Source: an uncultured Gammaproteobacteria bacterium (lineage in GTDB: Bacteria > Patescibacteriota > Microgenomatia > UBA8517). From it: a stretch of 64,000 nt of DNA. A program made the position numbers and the translations under genes. The notes under the pieces are model-generated. The model saw nothing but the letters and a program-made list of their open reading frames with translations, was not told where the DNA came from and did no database searches. The stretch spans positions 8,411 through 72,410 of the forward strand of contig OZ246419.1 of the NCBI GenBank assembly GCA_965231135.1. The letters run 5' to 3'. Numbering within the stretch: the first letter of the stretch is position 1; every line of letters begins with the position of its first letter. Below, piece by piece: positions 48,697 to 57,574 of this stretch.

Positions 48697-49531
48697 TTTC
48701 TTTTATCCTTTCTTTAATTTCATCACGCGTTTTTTCTAATTCCTTTAATGCCAATTTTGCCTCTTCTTTATTTGGAGCTTTGCCATGCCATACATATTTA
48801 TTTTCCATAAAGCTAACTCCTTTACCTGGAATAGTATTTGCAATAATTACTGTTGGTCTATCATAAATATCTTTTGCCTTTTTAATAGCAGTCGCAATTT
48901 CTTTGAAATTAGACCCATCAATTTCTTCAACATTCCAATGAAAAGATTTATATTTATCAACTAAAAAATTAATGGGCATTATCTCTTCTGTGTTACCACT
49001 TAATTGAATTTTATTTCTATCAATAATTGCAGTTAAATTTCCTAATTTGTATTTGACTGCAAATAAAACTGCCTCCCAAGTATTTCCTTCATCCTGCTCC
49101 CCGTCAGACATGACACAATAAACTCTAAATCTTTTATTATCTAATTTCGCACCAAGAGCAATCCCAGCAGCTTGGCCCAAACCAGAACCTAATGGGCCAG
49201 AAGTTGTTTCTAAACCTGGCAATTTACCGCGTTCCGGATGACCTTGCAATCTAGAATTTAATTTGCGAAGTGTTTTTAATTCTTTAACGTCAAAATAACC
49301 ACTTTCTGCCATGGCTGCATAACGCACAGGTACGATATGGCCATTGCTTAAAATTAATCTGTCGCGTTCTTCCCAATCAGGATTACTTGGATCGTGATTT
49401 AAAATACTAAAATAAAGACTTGCAAAAATATCTGCCATTCCAAGAGCGCCGCCGGGATGACCAGAACCGGCGCGCTCAAGCATAGTGATAATATCAATTC
49501 TTATTTGGTTGGCAGCTAATTCTAAATCCAT
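48689..49531 (-). CDS. Transketolase, N-terminal subunit
   Basis: SGHPGG, RDRLILSNGH, LQGHP, SDGEQDEG...N TPP motif, WHG. Confidence 0.93.
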   Translation of the reverse strand: MDLELAANQIRIDIITMLERAGSGHPGGALGMADIFASLYFSILNHDPSNPDWEERDRLILSNGHIVPVRYAAMAESGYFDVKELKTLRKLNSRLQGHPERGKLPGLETTSGPLGSGLGQAAGIALGAKLDNKRFRVYCVMSDGEQDEGNTWEAVLFAVKYKLGNLTAIIDRNKIQLSGNTEEIMPINFLVDKYKSFHWNVEEIDGSNFKEIATAIKKAKDIYDRPTVIIANTIPGKGVSFMENKYVWHGKAPNKEEAKLALKELEKTRDEIKERIKEND

Positions 49532-49544
49532 GGCAGTAGATCTT

Positions 49545-50147
49545 TTATAGCTCGAAAGCTTTTTCGTTGCTATTTGCGTTTTCTTTATCTTTAATTAACC
49601 TTTCAAAAGTTAGAATTTCTTCATATGCCTTTTCCGGAGTTTCTACAATTTTATAAACTTTTAAATCTTCAGGACGAATTCTCATATTATTAATAAATGA
49701 ATCAATGATTGCTTTCCAGAATTTTCCATACAAAATTAAAGGTTTGTGATGACCATAATAAAGTTTTGCTAATCCCCAAGCCATTCCAAATTCTGAAATT
49801 GTTCCTGTTCCCCCTGCGAAAATAACATACAAATCTCCTAATTCAAGAAGTTTAAGTGTTCGCTCAAGATAATTTTTAGTGACAACTTCCTGATCAATTG
49901 GATTATTCGGGTCGCGTCCTTCAAAATTTGTAATATCTTTTGGATAAAAAGTAACTCCAATTGTTGTCCCGCCGCCAGCTTTAGCGCCTTCAGAAACAGC
50001 ACGCATAGTTCCCGGACCGCCGCCGTTTATTGTGACAAATCCTTTTTGCGCTAAAAATTTTGCACATTCGTAAGCTTCTTTGTACAACGGGTCGGACGGC
50101 GCTGTGTCTGCAAAACCAAAATAAGAGATGTGTTTAATTTTGACCAT
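49545..50147 (-). CDS. LOG/SLOG family nucleotide-binding protein
   Basis: NGGGPGTM, LERT, AGGTGTISE. Confidence 0.85.
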   Translation of the reverse strand: MVKIKHISYFGFADTAPSDPLYKEAYECAKFLAQKGFVTINGGGPGTMRAVSEGAKAGGGTTIGVTFYPKDITNFEGRDPNNPIDQEVVTKNYLERTLKLLELGDLYVIFAGGTGTISEFGMAWGLAKLYYGHHKPLILYGKFWKAIIDSFINNMRIRPEDLKVYKIVETPEKAYEEILTFERLIKDKENANSNEKAFEL

Positions 50148-50772
50148 TGAATAATTTTAGATTATCTACAAGACTTGGTTCAAATATTCTTTTTCCGACT
50201 GCAACTTCATCAACTCCCAAACTTTCCATTTCGTGAACTAATTCAACTGTTACTCCGCCATCAACCAATAATTTAAAATTTAAATTTAGTTTGTGTCGTA
50301 ATTCATTAGCTGCTTTTATTTTGTCAAAAACTGAAAGATCAAATTCCTGACCGCCAAAACCAGCTTTAACACTCATTAAAAGCAAGACATCTAATTTGGG
50401 TAAAACATTTTGACTCACTTTTTCAATTGGTGTATCCAAATCAATTGCGAGACCAGCTTCTGTGGTCGTTGCCTTTACTTTATCGACAAATTCCATTTGA
50501 TTTTGCATAAATTCAATTTGGCCAATCATTCTATTGGCGCTATTTGGCACACAATGCTCTACCCATTCAACTGGATCTTTGACCATTAAATGAAAATCCA
50601 AATTTAAAACAGTTGTTATATTTTTTAAAACTGCTGGATCAACTGTGGAATTGTTGGCAAATTTATTATCAATAACATCAATTTGAATTCGATCAACAAT
50701 GCCTTCAGCTTTATTTTCAAGGGACGTTAATTCGCTAATGTCATCAGTTAAAATGGCAGGAATGATCTTCAT
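50134..50772 (-). CDS. rpe: Ribulose-phosphate 3-epimerase
   Basis: IPAIL, QIDVID, FHLMV, MSVKAGFGGQ, VDGGV. Confidence 0.9.
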   Translation of the reverse strand: MKIIPAILTDDISELTSLENKAEGIVDRIQIDVIDNKFANNSTVDPAVLKNITTVLNLDFHLMVKDPVEWVEHCVPNSANRMIGQIEFMQNQMEFVDKVKATTTEAGLAIDLDTPIEKVSQNVLPKLDVLLLMSVKAGFGGQEFDLSVFDKIKAANELRHKLNLNFKLLVDGGVTVELVHEMESLGVDEVAVGKRIFEPSLVDNLKLFNGQN

Positions 50773-50795
50773 AAATTCATTTTAGCACGAAGAGA

Positions 50796-51902
50796 TTATT
50801 TTTGAGGAGTGAAACTTAGAGTTATTGGATCAGTTGGAGCCGTGTTACTATTTAAACTTCTGCTAACACGGACTACTTGCTCAACGAGGCGATTTGTATA
50901 ACCCCATTCGTTATCATACCAGGCAAAAACTTTAACTAAATTGCCGCCAATAACCTGCGTTAATCCTAAATCAACAATTGCTGATTCGCTTCTGCCAATA
51001 ATATCTGATGAAACTAAAGGCTCGTTACTTACTGCAAGAATGCCCTTGTATAACGCATTTTCCGAAGCGTCGATAAATGCCTGATTAACTTCTTCTATAG
51101 AAGTAACTTTTTTGGTAATAATTGCAAAATCTGTAATGGATCCTGTGACAACTGGGACTCTTAAAGCACGGCCGTCAAATAAACCTTTTAGATCGGGAAT
51201 GGTTTCAGTTGTTGAAATTGCTGCTCCTGTAGTTGTGGGCACAATATTAACTGCAGCAGCGCGCGCGCGGCGCAAATCTGAATGAGATCCATCTTCCAAA
51301 ACTTGGTCATCTGTATATGCGTGGGCTGTTGTCATTGCAGCTTTTTCAATTCCAAATTTTGCATGCATTACTGCTGCAACTGGAGCAATACAATTTGTAG
51401 TACAGCTGGCATTTGAAACAACTTGTGATTTACCGTCATATTCATTAACCCCAATTACATAAGTGTTAACATTACTCCCCTTCGGAGGGGCTGAAATAAT
51501 TACGCGCTTTGCGCCACCTTTGGCGTGCTTTGCGGCGCCTTCTGCATCTGTAAAATGGCCAGTAGATTCAATTACAACGTCAACTCCGTATTTGCTCCAA
51601 GGAAGTTTTTCGGGATCTTTTTGAGCAAGAACTGGAATTTTTACACCATCAACAATTAGATTTCCAATTTGGGGATTTTCATCTGTTGCTTCTTTTGGAT
51701 CTTTTAATTCCTCAGATTTAATTTCTTTTGCAAATTTCCTATATGTTGTGTCGTAATTTACAAGATGTGCCCAACTTGCTGTCGGCATGCTGCCTGAAGT
51801 ATTAATTGCTGCAAATTCGATTTCGCCAGTGTGCTTTAATAAACCAATTCTAAAAGCTAAACGCCCAATTCTACCAAAACCATTTATGCCAACTTTGACC
51901 AT
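50796..51902 (-). CDS. gap: Glyceraldehyde-3-phosphate dehydrogenase (type I)
   Basis: GINGFGRIGR, SNASCTTNC, WYDNEWGY. Confidence 0.97.
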   Translation of the reverse strand: MVKVGINGFGRIGRLAFRIGLLKHTGEIEFAAINTSGSMPTASWAHLVNYDTTYRKFAKEIKSEELKDPKEATDENPQIGNLIVDGVKIPVLAQKDPEKLPWSKYGVDVVIESTGHFTDAEGAAKHAKGGAKRVIISAPPKGSNVNTYVIGVNEYDGKSQVVSNASCTTNCIAPVAAVMHAKFGIEKAAMTTAHAYTDDQVLEDGSHSDLRRARAAAVNIVPTTTGAAISTTETIPDLKGLFDGRALRVPVVTGSITDFAIITKKVTSIEEVNQAFIDASENALYKGILAVSNEPLVSSDIIGRSESAIVDLGLTQVIGGNLVKVFAWYDNEWGYTNRLVEQVVRVSRSLNSNTAPTDPITLSFTPQK

Positions 51903-51940
51903 TTGTATTCACTATACTATAATTTTTTTAATAAAAAAAT

Positions 51941-52459
51941 ATGTCAGAACAAAGAGCTAATGAAATGCTAAGACAAGAAGACGAGAGATTTATAACGGAA
52001 CTTATAAAAAATGGTGCAATTACTGAGGCTGGTGGAGATTGTTTAAAGTTTATCATTAGTTTTAGGAGAAGTTTAACACAAGCGAATTCCAATTCACTAT
52101 TTGCAGATGGTAAAGAATATAAAGAGTTAGTTCAAAAATCTGGTTTTAGAGATGAAGATATTAACAGTATAAAGTCTAGCGCAGACGCTTTCTTTGCAGA
52201 AGCTAGAAGTTCACAACTTTCTATATTAGAAATGGATTTTAAATTTATGATTGGAATGTCGGCCATATTCATGTCTCGTATGCAAAGAGAAGAATTGGAG
52301 AGGTTAGATATAAATGAGGTTTCTCTAGAGAGACTAAAAGATTTAAATGCTAAAAATTTTACCGAGCTTATGAAAATAATAGACCTAGCACAGGCAAGAG
52401 TTCCTATTTTTCCAGAACAAGTTATAGAGAGAATGAAACTTTCAGATAGCAACTCCTGA
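51941..52459 (+). CDS. Hypothetical helical protein (orphan)
   Basis: 172 aa, antisense to the directon; 3' end overlaps the cyclase B gene. Confidence 0.55.
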   Translation: MSEQRANEMLRQEDERFITELIKNGAITEAGGDCLKFIISFRRSLTQANSNSLFADGKEYKELVQKSGFRDEDINSIKSSADAFFAEARSSQLSILEMDFKFMIGMSAIFMSRMQREELERLDINEVSLERLKDLNAKNFTELMKIIDLAQARVPIFPEQVIERMKLSDSNS

Positions 52460-53002
52460 AATCTCAATATGAGAAATTTCAAATTTAAAATTTTCGCCTT
52501 TGATATTTTTTGGCAGCTTAACTGATTCTTCAATTAAAATTTTATTTACAACTCCACTATCTTCTGCGATTTTACTGGCGACATTTACCGGTCCGCCGGC
52601 AATTTCCCATCCTTCTTTTTGAAGATCAAATAATAAAACATTGCCACGACATAAACCAATACTAATATTAAAATTGTCACTTAAATTATCCTGCAAATCT
52701 TTGGCAAAATTAATTGCTACTTCATTTTTATCTGTAACAAAAATCCCTAAACTTCCGTTTGATTTAATTTTTTGGACTTCATGAAATTCTAATAATTTTT
52801 CAATTAATGAATTTGCAAGCAACCAATCGCTTAATTCATCTAATAAAAATTTTCTTTTTGGGTGAAGGATTTTGACTAAAATAACTGTTTTTGTAAAAGA
52901 ATATTTTTTATAGACTGCATCATAAACTTTTTTATCTGATAAATTTTTAGTCAAATCGTCGTAAAAGTCTTTGTTAAATGGTATTGGATATATGTTTGTC
53001 AT
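52442..53002 (-). CDS. Class III nucleotide cyclase half B (C2-like)
   Basis: ISIGLCRGNV...EIAGGPVNVASKIAE...ILI; the metal-binding Asp residues are absent. Confidence 0.75.
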   Translation of the reverse strand: MTNIYPIPFNKDFYDDLTKNLSDKKVYDAVYKKYSFTKTVILVKILHPKRKFLLDELSDWLLANSLIEKLLEFHEVQKIKSNGSLGIFVTDKNEVAINFAKDLQDNLSDNFNISIGLCRGNVLLFDLQKEGWEIAGGPVNVASKIAEDSGVVNKILIEESVKLPKNIKGENFKFEISHIEISGVAI

Positions 53003-53546
53003 TTAGTAATTTAGAAAAGGATTTAGTTAATTTTATTTCTCCTCCTTCAGTATGATTTTCCGCCAAATCTTCAACAAAATCTGCTTCATCACCAAATAAA
53101 CCTCCACCGATTTTAATAAATTTTCCGTAGTGAATCGCCATGCCGATGTGAAGTGAGAAATTTTCTAATTCTTTTTGGACTTGTTGCATTTTCTCATAAA
53201 TTAATTTAGGCGAAACAGATTTTGGATAAAACATTTCTGTATTGTCTGCTGCCCATATTCCAATTCCAACTCCTCCAATTTCGCTGCCGTATTTATAAAC
53301 TAAATCTTTAGGATGACTTACTATTTTCATAACTTCCAATAAATCTAATTCTTCACTTAATTTACTAAGGCCCGCGGAGTCTGATGCAACGACGGTTCCT
53401 TCAACTAAATAATTTTTTAAAATATCTTCGTGAAGTTTTTTTGTTTTATTACTTGTAATCCATTTCTGAATAATTTCTAAGGGAACAGCGCCTGCGATAT
53501 CTTCAGTAACGTCAGCTAATGATGGATTTATAAAACGCTTTGGCAT
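52974..53546 (-). CDS. Class III nucleotide cyclase half A (C1-like)
   Basis: VVASDSAGLSKLS, AADN, IGMAIHYG, LFGDEAD...GGEI; the N-x-A-S-R motif is absent. Confidence 0.78.
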   Translation of the reverse strand: MPKRFINPSLADVTEDIAGAVPLEIIQKWITSNKTKKLHEDILKNYLVEGTVVASDSAGLSKLSEELDLLEVMKIVSHPKDLVYKYGSEIGGVGIGIWAADNTEMFYPKSVSPKLIYEKMQQVQKELENFSLHIGMAIHYGKFIKIGGGLFGDEADFVEDLAENHTEGGEIKLTKSFSKLLNDKHISNTI

Positions 53547-53549
53547 AAG

Positions 53550-54503
53550 TTATTTTTCAAGAAGGGAAACAATTCCAGGGAGAGTGCCTTTGGCAAGAAA
53601 CTCTAGCATTGCTCCTCCGCCGACACTTATCCAATTAAATTTATCTTTTAGATTAAGTAAATTAATTGCAGTTTCTGTATCCCCCCCTCCTGCAATTTTA
53701 AATGAATTACTATTTGTAACATTAAAGAAAACTCGGGAAGTCCCCTGCCTGTGGCCTTCTTCTTCAAATTTTCCAATTGGGCCACTTACAACTATTGTTT
53801 TAGATTTTATTATTTCAGTTTCAAACTTTTCAATTGAATGAATAGTGATATCTTCTTTGTCTGGTAATAAGTCGGCAACAACAACTTTCTCATTATGTCG
53901 AAGAGGACTGTCATCGTGAATATAATCCGGCATTCTTCCTCCAATTAAAATTTTATCTGATAATTTTAAAAAACTTTCCATATATGAAAGCTTGTCGTCT
54001 TTTAATCCGCTAATGATAAAAATTAATGGTCTTTGCGGGTTTTCTAAAACTTTGGAAAGATTTTCTATTTCAGAAACAAACCTAAAGCCTGCTGCATGAG
54101 GAAGTAATTTCGGTAAACCGACAATTGATGCGTGTTCGCGGTGGCTTACGCCAAAAGCTTCATTAACATAAAAATCCTGACCTGCTGACAATTCTTTGGC
54201 AAAGCTTTCGTCATTTTTTTCTTCTCTTTCGTCAAAACGAAGATTTTCCAAAACTCTTGCTTCCCATTTTTTAAAATATTGTTCAAAAGGCTTTAGACTT
54301 AAGCTTTCATCAAGCCCTTGTGGGCGGCCGCGATGTCCAATAATTGTAATTAATGCATTTTGATTTTTTAGATAATCGAGAGTTTGAGAAAGCGAAGTTA
54401 AACGAATATTATTTATATCTTCCGGGGAAATATCCAAATCAGCGCGAACAATTACGCGTTTGCCTGTTAAATTAAAATCAGAAAGCTTGGGAAGAGAGAT
54501 CAT
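53550..54503 (-). CDS. pgk: Phosphoglycerate kinase (shortened, 317 aa)
   Basis: GKRVIVRAD, GHRGRP, LENLRF, SHREHAS, GPIGKFE, GGGDT, SVGGGAMLEFL. Confidence 0.93.
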   Translation of the reverse strand: MISLPKLSDFNLTGKRVIVRADLDISPEDINNIRLTSLSQTLDYLKNQNALITIIGHRGRPQGLDESLSLKPFEQYFKKWEARVLENLRFDEREEKNDESFAKELSAGQDFYVNEAFGVSHREHASIVGLPKLLPHAAGFRFVSEIENLSKVLENPQRPLIFIISGLKDDKLSYMESFLKLSDKILIGGRMPDYIHDDSPLRHNEKVVVADLLPDKEDITIHSIEKFETEIIKSKTIVVSGPIGKFEEEGHRQGTSRVFFNVTNSNSFKIAGGGDTETAINLLNLKDKFNWISVGGGAMLEFLAKGTLPGIVSLLEK

Positions 54504-54952
54504 GATTTATTATCTTCTATATTCTTGATTTCTTCCAGCCTTCTTTCGTGACGAGGTAAATTATCAAATTTTGTTTCTAAAAAAACTTTAAGCATGTTTT
54601 GTGCCTCTTCGTCTGTCGTAAAGTCGCTTGCAAGAACTAAAATATTTATATTGTCGTCATTTTTCGCTGCCTTTACCTGATCTTGTGTTTTACCAATTCC
54701 AGCTCTAATTCCATGAAATTTGTTTGCAGTGATGTCTACCCCTACTCCACTGCCACAAAGAAGAATACCTAGACAATTTTTTTCTTCGCTTACTTTTTTG
54801 GCAACTGATGAAGCATAAGTTGTGTAATCATCATCCGGATTTAATTTATCCGGACCTAAATCTTCAAATTCGTAATTCCAACTTTCAAGCCATGTTGCTA
54901 TTTTATTTTTTAAAGCGAAACCTCTATGGTCTGATCCAAGATATATTTTCAT
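54500..54952 (-). CDS. rpiB: Ribose-5-phosphate isomerase B
   Basis: GSDHRG, DDY, CGSGVG, ANK..GIRA, RHERRL; ATG at 54952. Confidence 0.92.
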   Translation of the reverse strand: MKIYLGSDHRGFALKNKIATWLESWNYEFEDLGPDKLNPDDDYTTYASSVAKKVSEEKNCLGILLCGSGVGVDITANKFHGIRAGIGKTQDQVKAAKNDDNINILVLASDFTTDEEAQNMLKVFLETKFDNLPRHERRLEEIKNIEDNKS

Positions 54953-55083
54953 TTTCCAATAATCATTAAACATAAAATAGAACCAGGTATTAAAATTTCC
55001 AGGAAACCCAAAACTCGAACCGCAGTTCCACTACTAAACTCAATTCGACTCCAGTTGACACCTTTTATTGAATTTTCGTTCAT
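54949..55083 (-). CDS. 44-aa peptide with hydrophobic C-terminus (not in ORF track)
   Basis: MNENSIKGVNWSRIEFSSGTAVRVLGFLEILIPGSILCLMIIGK*; ATGA overlaps with both tpiA and rpiB. Confidence 0.55.
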   Translation of the reverse strand: MNENSIKGVNWSRIEFSSGTAVRVLGFLEILIPGSILCLMIIGK

Positions 55084-55739
55084 TTGTAGCCTTCTACCAA
55101 TTGGAGTAATTCTTTTTTTGGGTCTTCGGCTTTTACAATGCTGCTTGCGATTGCAAAACCTGCAGCGCCTAATTGTAAACCAATTCTCATATCTTCTTCG
55201 CTTTTTACTCCTGCTCCAATTATTAGAGGAATGCCAGCATCTTTTGCCAGCGCGACGGCATCTTTTATAACTTCTGGCTTTGCCTGACTAACAGAAGTAT
55301 CAGTGCTTCCAACCAACTCAGGAGGCTCGTAAGAAATAAAATCTGGAGATATATCGAGGTTCCTTTTTAGTTCTTCCAGATCTGCCGCAAATACTAAAGT
55401 TTTTAAACCAACTTCTTTACAGACTTTAACAGTGTTTGTTAATACATTAAAATCTGAAATTTTATTTTCTGAATGATTTAAAAAAGTTCCATATGCACCC
55501 GCTTCGCGAACTTCTTTTGGCAGAATACTTCCTGTGTGAGCACCAAAATCAACTGGATCAACTTTTTGAGCCCAAATTTCTAAATTACTTTCAGAAACTA
55601 TTTCTTTCAAATCAAGAGCTTGAACAACTGGAATGATTTTTATCTGAGATTCTTTACTTACTTCTTCGATTATTTTTGTTAAAGAAAGAGCGTTGTCTCC
55701 TGAAGACTCTTCATATGTTTTGTAATTTACAAAAATCAT
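55080..55739 (-). CDS. tpiA: Triosephosphate isomerase, archaeal type
   Basis: VNYKTY, GAHTG, LNHSE, YEPPELVG, GAGV; 219 aa. Confidence 0.92.
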   Translation of the reverse strand: MIFVNYKTYEESSGDNALSLTKIIEEVSKESQIKIIPVVQALDLKEIVSESNLEIWAQKVDPVDFGAHTGSILPKEVREAGAYGTFLNHSENKISDFNVLTNTVKVCKEVGLKTLVFAADLEELKRNLDISPDFISYEPPELVGSTDTSVSQAKPEVIKDAVALAKDAGIPLIIGAGVKSEEDMRIGLQLGAAGFAIASSIVKAEDPKKELLQLVEGYK

Positions 55740-55745
55740 TTCTCT

Positions 55746-56468
55746 TTAGACTATTCTAGTTATTAGAAAAATAAATGCAACTCCAATAAGGGTCATAAGA
55801 ATGGTTAAATAAGAAGAATGCTCTCTATGAGCTTCTGGTAAGATATCAGAAGATCCAATATAAAGCAAAAACCCCGCAAAAAAACCTAAATATAAAACAA
55901 GAAAACTATCTGGAACTTTAAAAAATAATGTTGAAATTACACCAATAACTGGCGTAATCGCATCTAATAATAATAAATAAAGAGCCTGTTTGTCTTTATT
56001 TTTATTGACTAGAACTAAGGTTACAGTGTTTAGTCCATCTGAGAAATCATGAGCAATTACCGCAATTGCAACGAGTACTCCAATTGCAGGGCTTACTTGA
56101 AAACCCAAACCAATTCCAACTCCGTCCATAAAAGAATGACCTGATAAAGCAATGGCTGATGCAATACCCACTTGCGGATGGTGATGGGAACCGTATGCGT
56201 CTTCTTCTTCGTGATGAATAAGAATTGTTTTTTCGAATACATGGAAAAGCAGAAAACCAAAAACAAGAGCTATCATTGGATAAACTGATTCAACTTTGGT
56301 TTTTTCAACTAATTCAAAAATTTCTGGAAAAATATCAAAAGCAACAACTGCCACAAGCACTCCAGCCGTAAACCCCAAGATGAGATGTAGTTTATCTTTG
56401 TACTTTAGACCCACAAGCCCACCTATAAGGGTCGAGAAGAAAGTACAGATTGTAAAGAATATTGCCAT
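55746..56468 (-). CDS. ZIP-family (ZupT/GufA) metal transporter
   Basis: About 8 TMs, His-rich loop HHEEEDAYGSHHHP, HSFMDG, HDFSDG, LPEAH. Confidence 0.92.
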   Translation of the reverse strand: MAIFFTICTFFSTLIGGLVGLKYKDKLHLILGFTAGVLVAVVAFDIFPEIFELVEKTKVESVYPMIALVFGFLLFHVFEKTILIHHEEEDAYGSHHHPQVGIASAIALSGHSFMDGVGIGLGFQVSPAIGVLVAIAVIAHDFSDGLNTVTLVLVNKNKDKQALYLLLLDAITPVIGVISTLFFKVPDSFLVLYLGFFAGFLLYIGSSDILPEAHREHSSYLTILMTLIGVAFIFLITRIV

Positions 56469-56487
56469 TTTTTAATTTTAACACAAT

Positions 56488-56516
56488 TTGACTTATGCAA
56501 CTTGGTTGCATATAAT
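56488..56516 (+). promoter_or_regulatory. Sigma70 promoter with palindromic Fur/Zur-type operator in the spacer
   Basis: TTGACT (56488-56493), 17 nt, TATAAT (56511-56516); TATGCAAC-TTG-GTTGCATA at 56494-56512; ATG 6 nt after the -10. Confidence 0.85.
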
Positions 56517-56522
56517 ACATGA

Positions 56523-56870
56523 ATGATAAAAACGAAATTACAAAAATTACTTGCGAAATCTAAATCTCCTATTTCTGTTCCAGAGATCTTGGAAGAAATT
56601 GATGCAAATAAAACTACAATTTATCGAGAACTTACATCTTTTATAAAAGACGGGCTTATAACAGAAATTGAATTTGGAGATGGAAAAAAAAGATATGAAT
56701 GGAAAGATCACGGACATCATCATCATTTAATTTGTAAAACTTGCGGCAAGATTGAGGATGTCAAAGTTGACGAGAAGAAATTAATAAAAAGTATTACAAA
56801 TAAAAATTTTTTAATTGAGAGTCATAGTTTAGAGTTTTTTGGAAAATGCAAAAATTGTATAACGAAATAA
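56523..56870 (+). CDS. Fur-family metalloregulator (Zur-like)
   Basis: TTIYREL, HGHHHHLICKTCG, LEFFGKCKNC. Confidence 0.93.
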   Translation: MIKTKLQKLLAKSKSPISVPEILEEIDANKTTIYRELTSFIKDGLITEIEFGDGKKRYEWKDHGHHHHLICKTCGKIEDVKVDEKKLIKSITNKNFLIESHSLEFFGKCKNCITK

Positions 56871-57574
56871 CTAATTTAGATAACTACTTACCAAGCGAAA
56901 AAGTTAATAGACTTTTTAGTACCCTTGTTGAAAATACATTAAAAGAGGAAAAAAATAATTTAAACAAAAAGCAAATTGAAAATTTACAAAAAGTTTGCAG
57001 TAGCGCAGAATACGAACTAGAAAAATATTGGTCTCAAAAAAATATTTACAAATTCCCCTATTTTGAAAATTACTTAAAACTTACCAAACTGGAGTGGTTT
57101 AGTTTAAAAAGTTGTAGTGTTCACAAGAAACATAAAATACTTTTTGTTGGTGGAGGGCCATTACCAATGACCGCAATAATGCTTGCAAAGATCTACAGGC
57201 AAAAAGTTACAATATTGGAAAAAGAAAAAGAGGCAGTTGATCTTTCAAGCAGTTTAATAAAAGAACTTAAATTACAAAATAAAATTAAAGTTATCCAGGT
57301 GGATGCATTAGATTTTGAGGGTTATAAAAATTTTAATGCTATTTTTGTGGCAGCACTGGCTGGTATTAATTCAAATATAAAAGATAAAATTTTGGAAAAA
57401 ATTAAAAAACAAACTTTGAAAAATACTCACATACTTGCAAGATCTTCGTGGGGGGCAAGACGGATTTTGTATAAACCTTTATCTAAACATTCTTTCAAGA
57501 TATTTAAGCCAGTAATGGAGGTAAAACCTATGAACGACATTGTTAATTCTTTTGTTATTTTTCAAAACATATGA
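56846..57574 (+). CDS. Nicotianamine synthase-like SAM-dependent aminocarboxypropyl transferase
   Basis: PSEKVNRLFSTLV, CSSAEYELE, FPYFENYLKL, FVGGGPLPMT, FVAALAG, RSSWGARRILY, DIVNSFV follow the plant/fungal NAS motifs in order. Confidence 0.88.
   Translation: MQKLYNEITNLDNYLPSEKVNRLFSTLVENTLKEEKNNLNKKQIENLQKVCSSAEYELEKYWSQKNIYKFPYFENYLKLTKLEWFSLKSCSVHKKHKILFVGGGPLPMTAIMLAKIYRQKVTILEKEKEAVDLSSSLIKELKLQNKIKVIQVDALDFEGYKNFNAIFVAALAGINSNIKDKILEKIKKQTLKNTHILARSSWGARRILYKPLSKHSFKIFKPVMEVKPMNDIVNSFVIFQNI

Noticed and set aside
52442-53546. Pycsar antiphage system
   Set aside because: No adjacent cNMP-binding TM or TIR effector, and the context is metabolic; it cannot be fully excluded without product assays.
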